Source of the DNA: Vicinamibacterales bacterium
GTDB taxonomy: Bacteria; Acidobacteriota; Vicinamibacteria; Vicinamibacterales; Fen-181
Direction of reading: 5' to 3'
NCBI GenBank assembly: GCA_041947015.1
Contig: JBHGBL010000006.1
Coordinates: forward strand, 118,675-182,674
DNA: 64,000 nt
Positions 54,412 through 64,000 of the stretch are shown here, one piece after another. A program made the translations under genes and the position numbers. The notes under the pieces are model-generated. The model had not been told where the DNA came from. It was given only the letters and a program-made list of their open reading frames with translations, and did not search any database. Positions within the stretch are counted from its first letter, which is position 1. Every line of letters begins with the position of its first letter.

Positions 54412-57400
54412 ATGTCGCGACTGCGGTGGTGCGTGCTCGTTGCGCTGGCGATGGTGGCGGCCGGTGCGTCCGACGTCGGCGCGCAGGGGACTGCGTCGAT
54501 CTCCGGCGTGATCCGGGATTCCGGCGGCGGCGTCGTTCCCGGCGTCACGGTGATCGTCAAGGAAGACAATTCGGGTACCACCTTCGAGGTGATAACCGGG
54601 GCCGACGGCTCCTACACCGTTCCCGCCCTGCGGGCCGGGACGTATACCGTCACAGCGTCTCTGACCGGCTTCAAGACGGCGGAGGCGAAGAGCATCGGGG
54701 TGGCTATCGGGCAGCCCGTAACCGTCTCGCTCGTCCTGGAGGTCGGCCAGCTCGAGGAGACGGTGACGGTCACGAGCAGTTCCGAGCTGATCAATGTGCA
54801 GACCGCAACTGTCGCCGCCACGCTCAACGCGGACCAGCTGAACCGGATGCCCACGCCGACCAGGAACGCCCTGAACGCTTTCACGTTCCTGCCCGGCGTC
54901 AACGTGGCGGGCATCAACCGTGATGCGACCATCAACGGCCTGCCGCAGTCTTTCATAAGCATCACGCTGGACGGCGTGAGCAACAGCGACAACTTCCTGA
55001 AGTCGTCCGACGGGTTCTTCGCGACGGTCACGCCGCGGCAGGACGCCGTCGAGGCGGCGGCCGTAACGCTGGGAACCGGGAGCGCTGCACAGAACACGGC
55101 GGGCGGCGTGACGATGGCATTCCAGACCCGGTCGGGTGGCAACAGATTCGCCGGCAGCGTCTACGAGTACTACCGCCACTGGAACATGAACTCGAACTAC
55201 TACTTCAACGAGATCAACGGCCTGGGGAAGAACCAGATCAAGTTGAACCAGTACGGCGGGCGGGCCGGCGGCCCGATCCTGATCCCGGGCCTGTACGACG
55301 GCCGCGGCAAGGCGTTCTTCTTCTTCCACTACGAGCAGGTCCGCTTCCCGAACAGCACGACGCGGACACGGACGCTTCTGAACGAGCGGGCTGTCGACGG
55401 TTGGTTCAGGTACCAGTGCGCGACGGGGGTCTGCGAGGTGAACGTCCTCGAGCTGGCCCAGAAGAACGGACAGATCTACCAGAAGGACCCGCTGGTCATG
55501 TCGATGCTGGCGCAGATCGACGCCGGCACGAAGATCACCGGAACCCGCAGCGCGTCGGCCGACCCGCTGCTCGATCAGTTCGTGTTCCTCAGCCCGGCGA
55601 AGCTGTTCGAGCACCAGCCCACGGTCCGTCTCGACTACAACCTGACGCAGAACCACAGGCTGGGCGGCTCCTTCTCGCAGATCATGGCCAGCCGTACGCC
55701 GGACTACCTGAACGGGTACGACGTGCGCTTCCCGGGCAAGCAGATGCAGGCCGGCAACTTCAACTCTACCCGCCCGATCATGTCCATCTCGCTGCGGTCG
55801 ACGCTGTCGGGGTCGATGGTCAACGAAGTGAAGGGCGGCTTCACGTCGATGTGGGGCTTCTCGCGGTTCGGCACGCCTGAGAGCGTCGGGATTCACACCT
55901 ACGAGAACCAGGGAGGCTACAGCTTCGACTTCGACCAGAACATCGGGCTGACGGGTCTGACCTCGAGGGGAACTCCCACGTGGCGGCAGGCGCCAAGCTA
56001 CAGCATCGACGAAACGCTGACCATGCAGCGCGGCAGCCACAGCATGAGCATGGGTGGAGGCATCACGATCACGACGGCCCAGGACTGGGCGCGGCAGACG
56101 GTGGCCGGCATCAACCTGGGATTCCACAACAACTACGATCCTGCGACCCCGTTGTTCAACACGACGAATTTCCCGGGAGCCTCGAGCTCGCAGCTCAGCG
56201 ACGCCAGGGACCTCTACGCGCTGCTCACGGGTCGCGTCTACAGCATCACCGGCACGGCTGCGCTGGACGCGAAGACCAACAAGTACGTCGCCTTCGGCCC
56301 GCGCGTCAGGCAGGGCAAGATCGGCACCTACGGTGTATTCATCCAGGACTCCTGGAGGGTGAATCCGACGCTGACATTGACCGGCGGTATCCGCTGGGAC
56401 GTGCAGTCGCCGTACTCGCCGATGAACGACGTCATGTCGGCCGCCACTCTCGAGAGCGTTTGCGGCATATCCGGGCTGGGACCGAGAACCGGGCTCTATG
56501 ACAAGTGCAACTTCCTCAAGCCTGGAGCCACGGGCGGCAAGGTGCCGGAATTCATCCAGCTGAAGCGAGGCACCGAGGGATACGACACGGACTGGGACAA
56601 CCTGGCACCCGCACTCAGCGTTGCCTGGCGCCCGAACATCAAGGACGGGTTCCTCCGGAAGCTCTTCGGCGATCCGGAAATGGCAACCATCCGCGGCGGC
56701 TGGACGGTGGCCTACGAGCGGCAGGGAATGCAGGAGTACAGCTCGGTTTACGGCCCGAACCCTGGCGCGACGCTGTCCCTCAGCCGCGGCCGTGACACCG
56801 GGCTCGTCCTTCCGGGGGAGTCATGGCCGGTGCTCGTGAGCCAGAAGGAGCGGCTCTACAACCAGCCTTTCCCTGAAAGCCCCACCTACCCGATCCCGAT
56901 TCGTGACGCGAGGGCCGACAGCATCTACGCCTTCGCGCCGGACGTGAAGATTGGCAAGGCACAAAGCTGGACGGTCGGTGTCCAGAGAGCCATCACGACC
57001 GACATGGCGCTGGAGGTACGGTACCTCGGGACGCGCGGCAGCGACCAGTGGTCCGATCTCGACTGGAACGCAATCCGCGGCGAGAACATCGTCGCAAACG
57101 GGTTCCTCGACGAGTTCAAGCTCGCCATGAAGAACCTCCAGGCGAACAACGCCTCGGGGGTGTCGAGCCGGCGGGGATCGTTCGCCTACTTCGGGCCGGG
57201 AACGGGAACCAATCCGCTGCCGATCTATCTCGCGTACTTGAATGGCAGCGCCGACTACAACAACCCGTCGGCCTATACGGGCGGTTCGTCCACCTGGACG
57301 AGCAGCACGTTTGCCGGCCGGCTGGTGGCCAACTCGCCGGCGCCGGTGAACGCGGCGGGAGATCTGGACGGCGATGCCGCGCGCCGTGCGAACGCCGCGA

Positions 57401-58302
57401 AACTCGGCTACCCTGCCAACTTCTTCGTGCTGAACCCGCATGCGAGCTCGGTGACGGTGACCGACAGCGGAGCGTTCAGCGACTACCACGCCCTGCAGAT
57501 TGAGCTGCGGCGCCGGTGGTCCCGTGGCCTGTCGGCGAACATCAACTACCAGTACGCCATCGAGGGCGGTTCGGCCTTCGACGGCTTCAGCTTCGGCCGC
57601 GTGATGGTCGGCACTGCCAACGTCAGGCACTCGATAAAGACACAGTGGGACTGGACGCTGCCGGTCGGCCGCGAGCACAGGTTCGGAAGCAGCCTCCACC
57701 CGATCCTGAACGGAATCGTCGGCGGTTGGAGCATCAACGGGGTCGGCCGCATCCAGGCGCGCGTCTACAACTTCGGCGGCGCGCGGCTCGTCGGGATGAC
57801 GCAGAAAGACCTCCAGAAGATGTTCAAGTACTACTACACGAAGCACCCCGATTCCGGCATCACGCAGGTGTGGATGCTGCCCGAGGACGTGCGCATGAAC
57901 ACCCGGCGCGCGTACAGCACGAGCACCACGACCGTCGATGGCTACTCGACCAGCCTCGGGGCGCCGGAGCCGGGCAGCCGTTACTTCGCGCCCGCGAACT
58001 CTGCCGACTGCATCCAGATCAAGGGCGGCGACTGCGGTGTGCCGCGCACTCTCATGGTCCGCGCCCCATGGTTCTGGCGGTTCGACATTGGGGCTACCAA
58101 GCGGTTCAATCTCGTCGGCCGCACCAACATAGAAGTCAGGATCGATGTCCTGAACCTCTTCGACAACGTGAACTTCTACCCGACCGCGTCGCCAGGGTCG
58201 GGAGCGAGCATCTTCCAGGTCACGTCGGCCTACACGGATCCGAGCAACACATACGATCCGGGCGGCCGCCTGGGCCAGGTGATGATTCGGTTCAACTGGT
58301 AG
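54412..58302 (+). CDS. TonB-dependent receptor, Oar-like
   Basis: ATG 54412 after AGGAGG; signal peptide; carboxypeptidase-like domain; C-terminal PGGRLGQVMIRFNW. Confidence 0.93.
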   Translation: MSRLRWCVLVALAMVAAGASDVGAQGTASISGVIRDSGGGVVPGVTVIVKEDNSGTTFEVITGADGSYTVPALRAGTYTVTASLTGFKTAEAKSIGVAIGQPVTVSLVLEVGQLEETVTVTSSSELINVQTATVAATLNADQLNRMPTPTRNALNAFTFLPGVNVAGINRDATINGLPQSFISITLDGVSNSDNFLKSSDGFFATVTPRQDAVEAAAVTLGTGSAAQNTAGGVTMAFQTRSGGNRFAGSVYEYYRHWNMNSNYYFNEINGLGKNQIKLNQYGGRAGGPILIPGLYDGRGKAFFFFHYEQVRFPNSTTRTRTLLNERAVDGWFRYQCATGVCEVNVLELAQKNGQIYQKDPLVMSMLAQIDAGTKITGTRSASADPLLDQFVFLSPAKLFEHQPTVRLDYNLTQNHRLGGSFSQIMASRTPDYLNGYDVRFPGKQMQAGNFNSTRPIMSISLRSTLSGSMVNEVKGGFTSMWGFSRFGTPESVGIHTYENQGGYSFDFDQNIGLTGLTSRGTPTWRQAPSYSIDETLTMQRGSHSMSMGGGITITTAQDWARQTVAGINLGFHNNYDPATPLFNTTNFPGASSSQLSDARDLYALLTGRVYSITGTAALDAKTNKYVAFGPRVRQGKIGTYGVFIQDSWRVNPTLTLTGGIRWDVQSPYSPMNDVMSAATLESVCGISGLGPRTGLYDKCNFLKPGATGGKVPEFIQLKRGTEGYDTDWDNLAPALSVAWRPNIKDGFLRKLFGDPEMATIRGGWTVAYERQGMQEYSSVYGPNPGATLSLSRGRDTGLVLPGESWPVLVSQKERLYNQPFPESPTYPIPIRDARADSIYAFAPDVKIGKAQSWTVGVQRAITTDMALEVRYLGTRGSDQWSDLDWNAIRGENIVANGFLDEFKLAMKNLQANNASGVSSRRGSFAYFGPGTGTNPLPIYLAYLNGSADYNNPSAYTGGSSTWTSSTFAGRLVANSPAPVNAAGDLDGDAARRANAAKLGYPANFFVLNPHASSVTVTDSGAFSDYHALQIELRRRWSRGLSANINYQYAIEGGSAFDGFSFGRVMVGTANVRHSIKTQWDWTLPVGREHRFGSSLHPILNGIVGGWSINGVGRIQARVYNFGGARLVGMTQKDLQKMFKYYYTKHPDSGITQVWMLPEDVRMNTRRAYSTSTTTVDGYSTSLGAPEPGSRYFAPANSADCIQIKGGDCGVPRTLMVRAPWFWRFDIGATKRFNLVGRTNIEVRIDVLNLFDNVNFYPTASPGSGASIFQVTSAYTDPSNTYDPGGRLGQVMIRFNW

Positions 58303-58375
58303 TCTTCGCGTCAGGGCCCGTCGTCCAGCGGTGACGGCGGGCTCCTTTCTCAGTCCTTCTTCGGCGGGGGCTGAA

Positions 58376-60241
58376 ATGAAGCCTCGGAGTGCGCGCGGTC
58401 TGGCCTGCCTGGCTGTCTCGTTCCTGATCGTCGCGGCCGGAGAGCGTGCAGGTGCGCTGGACGAACGGCAGCGCACCGCCGCCGAGCACACACCGGGCTT
58501 GCTGGTTGACTTCCTCGCTGTCGCCGCCGACGGCATGCCTGTCGCCGAACTTCAGGCTTCCGAGGTGGAGGTGCGGCTCAACAACCGCGTGAGGAAGCTC
58601 CGATCGCTGAAGCGTGTTTCAACCGCACCACAGCCTTCCTCAGCCGCAGCCGCCGCTTTGCCTCCTCCGTATGGCACCAACAACGGGGTCACGGTCGGCC
58701 GCAGCATGGTCCTCATCGTGGACGAGGAATCGTTCATCGGCGGCAGGGAGCAGCCGCTGCGAAACGCCGTCGACGGCCTTCTCGACGCTTTGACGCCATC
58801 CGATCGCGTCATGGTCGTCGCCCTGCCCTACGGGGGGGTGAAGACCCCATTCACCTCGGACCCGACGCGGGTCCGTCTCGCCATGGCCGGCCTTTCAGGG
58901 CAGGCCTCGCGCGACGAAACCGGGTCCGACATGGCCTGCCGGACGCGGACGTTTCTCGAGACTCTCGATGGCTTCCTGCGGGGCCTGGCTGCGCGCTCGA
59001 CGCCACTCACAGTCGTCGTGTTCACTGGAGGGCTCTCGGCGCCGCGTCGTGACGCGCCGATGGCGCTCGCCCCGGGAAAATGCGAGGTGCTGGTCAACCA
59101 CTTCGAGAGGGCGATGGTAGCTGCCGGCGCTGCAAGGGCGAACTTCTACGTGGTGCAGCCCCCGGAGATGACGACGAGGCCGCCCGGCGCCGCGAAGCCG
59201 ACCGATGCATGGACCACGGCAAACAAGCAGGGCCAGCGGGGATGGACCGAGGGGATAGCCGGCACGGACTACCTGGGGTCGGACAACCCGCTCGAAGGCA
59301 TCGAGCACCTCGCTGGCGCGACAGGCGCCGCGCGGCTGGCGCTCGACGCCACCGGCAAGGAATCCCTCGTGCCCGTCGCGACGGAAACCTCGGCCTACTA
59401 CGTTGCAGAGATCGAACCCGAGCGCGGCGAGATTTACGGCCGGAGCCGGCCTCTGGGAGTGCGCGTGCTCCGTGAGGGCGTGATTGTCCGCGCCAGGCCC
59501 GAGATTACCTTTACAGAACCGCGGCGAGGCGAAAAGGCGCTGCGCCTCGCCGTGGAGGACCTGCTGGTTTCCGGGGAGGCCTTCACAGATCTGCAGCTGC
59601 GCGTTGGCGGCTTCACCGTGCGCGACGCCAAGGGGCAGCTTCGTGTCGGCATCGTCGTCGAGACCGTCGATCCCGCCTCATCGCTCAGCTCCGTCGGCGC
59701 CATGCTGGTCGAGCCCACCGGTCGGATCGTGGGTCGATGGTTCGCCCCAGATGCTGCCGAGCGCCCGCTTCTCGGCGCGGTGGCGGCAACACCGGGCACC
59801 TACCGCCTGCGGGTCGCCGCCATCGACGCCCAGGGCCGGCCGGGCGTGGCGGAGGAGGTAGTCGAGGCAGGGCTCGTAACGGTCGGACCGCTGTCGCTCG
59901 GCTCCATGATGTTCGGCGTGTCGCGCAAGGAAGGCATGTCGCCGCAGCTCGAGTTCACGACCGAGCCCACCGCCATTGCCTCTTTCGACATCTACGGCGG
60001 TGCCGCCGGTATGGGCCTCGCGGCCATCATCGAGGTCGCGCGCACCACCGACGGCCAGCCAATAGTCACACTGCCGCTGTCCCTGTCGCGCGCCGGCGAA
60101 GACCGCGTGTCGGCCACAACCGGAATCCCCATCGGCGCCCTCCCACCCGGCGACTACATCGTCCGCGGGGTCATCCAGCTCCAGGACGGCTCGCAGGGCC
60201 GCGTGCAGCGGACCCTTAGAAAGGCGCCAGGCGGGTCCTGA
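58376..60241 (+). CDS. Exported VWA-related (Acidobacterial-type) protein
   Basis: Signal-like N-terminus; DG.PV.EL..SEVEV, SMVLIVDE, VVVFTGG, LAGATG, SAYYV..IEP, V.VRARP. Confidence 0.7.
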   Translation: MKPRSARGLACLAVSFLIVAAGERAGALDERQRTAAEHTPGLLVDFLAVAADGMPVAELQASEVEVRLNNRVRKLRSLKRVSTAPQPSSAAAAALPPPYGTNNGVTVGRSMVLIVDEESFIGGREQPLRNAVDGLLDALTPSDRVMVVALPYGGVKTPFTSDPTRVRLAMAGLSGQASRDETGSDMACRTRTFLETLDGFLRGLAARSTPLTVVVFTGGLSAPRRDAPMALAPGKCEVLVNHFERAMVAAGAARANFYVVQPPEMTTRPPGAAKPTDAWTTANKQGQRGWTEGIAGTDYLGSDNPLEGIEHLAGATGAARLALDATGKESLVPVATETSAYYVAEIEPERGEIYGRSRPLGVRVLREGVIVRARPEITFTEPRRGEKALRLAVEDLLVSGEAFTDLQLRVGGFTVRDAKGQLRVGIVVETVDPASSLSSVGAMLVEPTGRIVGRWFAPDAAERPLLGAVAATPGTYRLRVAAIDAQGRPGVAEEVVEAGLVTVGPLSLGSMMFGVSRKEGMSPQLEFTTEPTAIASFDIYGGAAGMGLAAIIEVARTTDGQPIVTLPLSLSRAGEDRVSATTGIPIGALPPGDYIVRGVIQLQDGSQGRVQRTLRKAPGGS

Positions 60242-60580
60242 TCCGCTCGGGGCGCAGCATTCAGACCAGCGTACGAAGCGGCGTCAACGCAGGCGCGACA
60301 CGGATGCCTTCCGGCGTCATGAAATCCCTCGTGCAGATTGCCGAAATCCGCCAGCGTCGGACCTTCACCACCCGAGGCCACCGTGGAATTGACCTGCGCC
60401 CGCGACATGAAAGCCGTCCTGTGCCCCGCGGCCCGAGGCGGGCGCTGACAGCCCGACTTCATGCGGCGCGCGAGAGCGGAAGCACGGCTGTCCGATGGCG
60501 AGGGCCGTGTGCTCGACAGGCGGCAGGCGCTCTTCAGCTGGTATGCTGTCTGACCATTCGTAGTCCTTCCGGAGGGTTGC

Positions 60581-62026
60581 ATGTCCTCTAAGCGCTCGCC
60601 AGGCTCCGGTCCGGTCGGCATTCGCACGGCCAAGTGGTTGGCCGCCGCCGTCAGCGGTCTCGTGCTGGCGACAGTGCATGCGGCTCAGCCGGTGACGGAC
60701 CTGGCCGTAGAACGCTCGGCTGCCGCGGCGGTTTCCGAGGCGCGGATGGTGGAAACGGTGAGACGGCTCGTAAAGTTCGGGCCTCGCATGGCAGGCACAC
60801 CATCCAACCACGAGGCCGCCAGGTGGCTCGCAGGCGCGTTCCGTGAAGCAGGGCTCGAGGCAGCCATCCGGGACGATCAGCCTCGTGACTGGTACCAACC
60901 CGATTCGTGGGAAGTGCGGGTGGCGGCAGAGGGCGAGCGAAGTGGAAACATCCTGAAAACCGCATGGCCGAGCACCGGCTCGCCTTCCGCCCGCGGCGCC
61001 GCGCTCGTGGCGCTCGGCGCTGCCCCGGGCGCTGTGTGCCTGGTTTCACAGAACCCGACGCCGGAAACAACCACCGGCTGCGCCGCAGTCCTCTTCGATG
61101 GCCGGGCCACGCCGTCCGGCTGGCCAAATGTCGGCAGGCTTCGGGGCGCCGGCTGGAAGATACCGGTCTTCGTCGTGTCGCCGAGCGAAACGGAGTCAAT
61201 CCGGGAGCGGCTTTCGAAGGGCGGAAAGGTCAACGTGTCTTTTTCGCTCGAAGCAAGAAGCGGCAGCGGCCCGCCGCAGACCGTCATCGCCACGTTCCCG
61301 GGACGAGACCGTTCCAGGCATATCCTCTTCTGCGCGCACGGCGACTCGGACTCGGGCGGCCCGGGCGCCAACGACAACGCCTCCGGAGTCGCCATCGTCT
61401 TGGAGATCGCCCGCACCGCTGCGGCGCTCGTCAAGGCGGGCAAGCTTTCGCCAGCATGGGACTTGCGCTTCGCGGTCTGGGGCGGCGAGATCTCGTCGAC
61501 ACGCCAGTACGTCGCAGCAATGGGTGAAGACAGGTCGATGCTTCGAGCGGTCTTCAACTACGACCAGTCGGGCTACGGGACTTCGAAAGACGCCCTTTAC
61601 GTCGAACCCGACGATGTCGCCGCCAACAAGGAGCTCATCACGCTGGTCCGCGCGGTGATGAAGGATCATCTCGGCAAGGACGGGTTCCCCGCGCGGGCCG
61701 CGAGCGTCAAGACGCAGGGCGGCACGGACTCTTACGCCTTCCAGAGCTCGAAGACTCCTGGCGCCACGGTCTACCCTGCGGTTACCCTCTACACTTCGGC
61801 CTGGGACCGCGAGCGACCGCAGCCCCTCACCGAGGGATTCCCTCCGCTCAACTGGTACCAGGAGGATAAGCCGGGGATGGTGACGGTGGACGGGGACTCG
61901 TTCTATCACTCGGCCGGCGACCGCCCGGAGAACACCACCGACAGGGAGCCATCGAACATGGGCTGGTGCGCGCGCGTCGGGCTTCTGAGCGCACTGCGCC
62001 TGATGAAGACGAACATGGGGAAGTGA
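60581..62026 (+). CDS. Secreted M28-family peptidase-like protein
   Basis: Signal peptide; PRMAGT, AHGDS, GANDNASGVA, WGGEI, NYD, YHSAGD; TGGTATGCT -10 near 60540. Confidence 0.85.
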   Translation: MSSKRSPGSGPVGIRTAKWLAAAVSGLVLATVHAAQPVTDLAVERSAAAAVSEARMVETVRRLVKFGPRMAGTPSNHEAARWLAGAFREAGLEAAIRDDQPRDWYQPDSWEVRVAAEGERSGNILKTAWPSTGSPSARGAALVALGAAPGAVCLVSQNPTPETTTGCAAVLFDGRATPSGWPNVGRLRGAGWKIPVFVVSPSETESIRERLSKGGKVNVSFSLEARSGSGPPQTVIATFPGRDRSRHILFCAHGDSDSGGPGANDNASGVAIVLEIARTAAALVKAGKLSPAWDLRFAVWGGEISSTRQYVAAMGEDRSMLRAVFNYDQSGYGTSKDALYVEPDDVAANKELITLVRAVMKDHLGKDGFPARAASVKTQGGTDSYAFQSSKTPGATVYPAVTLYTSAWDRERPQPLTEGFPPLNWYQEDKPGMVTVDGDSFYHSAGDRPENTTDREPSNMGWCARVGLLSALRLMKTNMGK

Positions 62027-62100
62027 GGGCGGTCCCAAACGCGCCGCGCCCTGCCAGTCACAGACGGAACACACTCTCCGCCGGCCTTCACCTCACGCTG

Positions 62101-62144
62101 GCGTGTCGCCGCGACCGCTCCCGGGAGCGGTCGCGGCGACACGC
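62101..62144. repeat. Perfect 44-bp palindrome with no spacer
   Basis: GCGTGTCGCCGCGACCGCTCCC|GGGAGCGGTCGCGGCGACACGC. Confidence 0.95.
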
Positions 62145-62192
62145 GAGACGGCACGCCTGCATCCCGCGCACAATCCCGCGTGAAGATTCCGT

Positions 62193-62273
62193 TTGACGAG
62201 CGCGCTGGCCGCGAGTAGACTCCCGCGTACAACCGTCAAATTCCGGCCGAGAGGACCATGGTCGAATGCATGG
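62193..62273 (+). promoter_or_regulatory. Promoter TTGACG-17-TAGACT plus leader palindrome CCATG-N8-CATGG
   Basis: -35 62193-62198, -10 62216-62221, IR 62256-62273. Confidence 0.75.
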
Positions 62274-62316
62274 GGCCTCTCTCTACTTGCGGTTCACGCT
62301 GTGCAGGAGGATGCGT

Positions 62317-64000
62317 ATGTCGCGAATGCTGTGGTGTCTCGGCGTGGCGCTGGCGCTCGTCGTGGCCAGCGCGTCCGACGTCGGCGCGCAAGCGGCTGCC
62401 TCCATCTCCGGGGTTGTCCGCGACTCGGGCGGAGGTGTGGTACCCGGGGTAACCGTGATCGTCAGGGACGACAACTCCGGCACGACATTCGAGGCGGTGA
62501 CAGCAGCGGACGGCAGCTACCTGGTGCCAGCCATTCGGGCGGGGTCCTACACGGTCACGGCTTCGCTCGCGGGTTTCAAGACAGCCGAAGCGAAGGCGAT
62601 CCGGGTTGCGCCTGGCCAGCCAGTCACCGTTTCGCTGGTCCTCGAAGTCGGGCAGTTGGAAGAGACCGTGACGGTCCAGAGCAGCTCCGAGCTGGTGAAC
62701 GTGCAGACTGCCACGGTCGCGGCCACGCTCAACGCGGACCAGCTCAACAGGATGCCTACCCCGACGAGAAACGCGCTCAACGCGTTCACGTTCCTCCCCG
62801 GGGTGAACACCACGGGCACGAACCGTGATTCGACGATCAACGGGCTGCCGGAGTCGTTTCTCAGCATCACGCTCGACGGGGTCAGCAACAACGACAACTT
62901 CCTGCGCTCGTCCGACAGCTTCTTCGCGTCGGTCACTCCCCGGCAGGATGCCGTGGAGGCCGCGTCCGTGACCTTGGCGGCGGCCGGCGCCCAGGCGGGC
63001 GGCGGTGGCGTGACGATGGCATTCCAGACGCGTTCCGGGGGCAACCGGTTCGCGGGCAGCGTCTACAACTACTACCGCCACCCCAGCCTGAACTCGAACT
63101 ATTACTTCAACGAGGTCAACCACCTCCCGAAGAACGACATCAAGCTGTATCAGTACGGCGCGCGCGCAGGAGGCCCGATCCGGATCCCGGGCGTTTACGA
63201 CGGCCGGGGCAAGGCGTTCTTCTTCGTGCACTACGAGCAGCTGCGCTTCCCCAACAGCTTCACCCGGACGCGCACGGTTCTCAACTCCCGGGCGCTAGAC
63301 GGCTGGTTCCGCTACGAGTGCGCGACCGGCGTGTGCGAGGTGAACGTGCTGGAACTGGCCCGGAACAACGGCCACATCTATCAGAAGGACCCGATGGTCA
63401 TGTCGCTGCTGGGGAAGATCGAGGCAGCGATGAAGACGACCGGCACGCGGAGCGCCGCGACCGATCCGCTGCTCGACCAGTACGTCTGGCTCAGCCCCGG
63501 GAAGCTCTTCGAGCATCAGCCGACAGTCCGCCTCGATTACAACGTGACGCAGAACCATCGGCTGGGCGGTTCGTTCTCGGTCATCACGGCGACGCGCGAT
63601 CCCGACTATCTCAATAGTGCCGACGGCCGCTTCCCCGGCACACCGAACTACCGCCTCTTCACCTCCACTCGACCGCTACTTTCCGCCTCGCTGCGGTCCA
63701 CGCTCTCACCGACGATGGTCAACGAGCTGAGAGGCGGCCTCACCGCCTTCTACGGCTATTCGCGATTCGGTGCCATGTCTAGCAACGGGCCGCAGACCTT
63801 CGAGGATCAGGGCGGCTATGCGATCGACTTCGATCAGAACATAGGCCTGACGAACTGGTACACGCAGCTCACGCCGAGCTGGCGCAGGGCGCCTACCTAC
63901 AGCCTGGACGACACGGTCACGTGGCAGCGCGGCCGCCACAGCATGAGCTTCGGGGGCTCGCTCCTGGTTTCGACCGCGGCCGAGTACGCGCAGCAGATGG
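62317..64000 (+). CDS. TonB-dependent receptor, close paralog of 54412..58302; runs off the window end
   Basis: ATG 62317 after AGGAGG; shares long near-identical stretches (ATLNADQLNRMPTPTRNALNAFTFLPG, CATGVCEVNVLELA, SPGKLFEHQPTVRLDYN); no stop in window. Confidence 0.92.
   Translation, partial: MSRMLWCLGVALALVVASASDVGAQAAASISGVVRDSGGGVVPGVTVIVRDDNSGTTFEAVTAADGSYLVPAIRAGSYTVTASLAGFKTAEAKAIRVAPGQPVTVSLVLEVGQLEETVTVQSSSELVNVQTATVAATLNADQLNRMPTPTRNALNAFTFLPGVNTTGTNRDSTINGLPESFLSITLDGVSNNDNFLRSSDSFFASVTPRQDAVEAASVTLAAAGAQAGGGGVTMAFQTRSGGNRFAGSVYNYYRHPSLNSNYYFNEVNHLPKNDIKLYQYGARAGGPIRIPGVYDGRGKAFFFVHYEQLRFPNSFTRTRTVLNSRALDGWFRYECATGVCEVNVLELARNNGHIYQKDPMVMSLLGKIEAAMKTTGTRSAATDPLLDQYVWLSPGKLFEHQPTVRLDYNVTQNHRLGGSFSVITATRDPDYLNSADGRFPGTPNYRLFTSTRPLLSASLRSTLSPTMVNELRGGLTAFYGYSRFGAMSSNGPQTFEDQGGYAIDFDQNIGLTNWYTQLTPSWRRAPTYSLDDTVTWQRGRHSMSFGGSLLVSTAAEYAQQM

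Noticed and set aside
60242-60580. 340-bp intergenic region with short ORFs
   Set aside because: No recognisable domain, repeat or RNA motif beyond a -10 box near 60540

Overview
High-GC bacterial chromosome window, most likely Acidobacteriota (Vicinamibacteria-like). This is inferred from an ADOP duplicated permease, an Acidobacterial VWA-like gene, Oar-type TonB-dependent receptors and Gly/Arg-rich loops in secreted enzymes. From left to right: an RHH-VapC toxin-antitoxin pair, a decayed IS1634 relic, a MarR operon, a membrane ORF ending in RPPP ahead of a ccsA-hemA-hemC-hemL-hemE-hemN-hemH-hemY operon (no hemB/hemD), a secreted Xaa-Pro peptidase, a MenAT-like nucleotidyltransferase pair, two ArsR modules, GntR/GGT, a Moco-sulfurase-like desulfurase, ModE-like/MOT1 molybdate genes, adenosine deaminase, three large TonB-dependent receptors (the last runs off the window), secreted peptidases, an ECF sigma/anti-sigma trio, tadA, ABC permeases and queE. 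No rRNA, tRNA or CRISPR array was seen. The most unusual signals are: (1) hairpins built from 7-nt tandem repeats, with a 7-nt-periodic, non-coding-like ~70-codon in-frame insert inside queE; (2) a candidate RAPP-like ribosome-arrest ORF in front of the heme operon; (3) three genes with large internal deletions, including a TonB receptor reduced to its first ~64 and last 11 codons; (4) a conserved promoter plus CCATG-N8-CATGG element shared by two paralogous receptors; (5) a 44-bp perfect palindrome. All family assignments come from motif recognition by eye. No database search or folding was run.
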